Below, piece by piece: positions 6,079-6,234 of a stretch of 6,234 bases of DNA. The notes below the pieces were generated by a model that saw nothing but the letters and a program-made list of their open reading frames with translations, did not search any database and had not been told where the DNA came from. The position numbers and the translations under genes were made by a program. Source of the stretch: Octopus sinensis (lineage: Eukaryota); the NCBI RefSeq assembly GCF_006345805.1, contig NW_021829406.1, positions 1 through 6,234 on the forward strand, read 5' to 3'. Position 1 is the stretch's first letter. Each line of letters begins with the position of its first letter.

Positions 6079-6234
6079 TCTCCATCAACACTATAATTAA
6101 TTATGAGTTATTAGAAGATAATTAAATACAACAGTACTTACAAGGACATCAGTGTCATCTATGGTAAAGTATTAAAATTAGTAGAATATTTTAAAGGAGT
6201 AAAATTATATGTCACTAGTTTGAGAGACTTTAAC

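Noticed and set aside
1-6234. CRISPR array, operon or other prokaryotic or viral system
   Set aside because: There are no regularly spaced repeats with unique spacers. The sequence has spliceosomal exon-intron structure and eukaryotic repeats throughout.

Overview
AT-rich, microsatellite-laden animal genomic DNA. SINE and repeat motifs recalled from memory suggest an octopus-like cephalopod; this is inference only. The + strand carries three phase-compatible internal exons (1553-1762, 3412-3587, 5639-5778) of a Mind bomb 2 (MIB2)-like E3 ubiquitin ligase, encoding the last ankyrin repeats and the first RING finger. The introns hold microsatellites and decayed mobile elements: two Penelope-like fragments, a mariner 3' end, tRNA-derived SINEs and a LINE/SINE 3' tail. 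Most ORF-track entries are artefacts of simple repeats. The most interesting unexplained signals are a ~100-nt intronic hairpin nested in a larger fold-back (656-915), a degenerate hammerhead-like motif beside a Penelope-like fragment (162-235), a linker-less ANK-RING junction with a possible read-through terminal exon, and a possibly chimeric SINE. No complete novel system can be demonstrated from this sequence alone.
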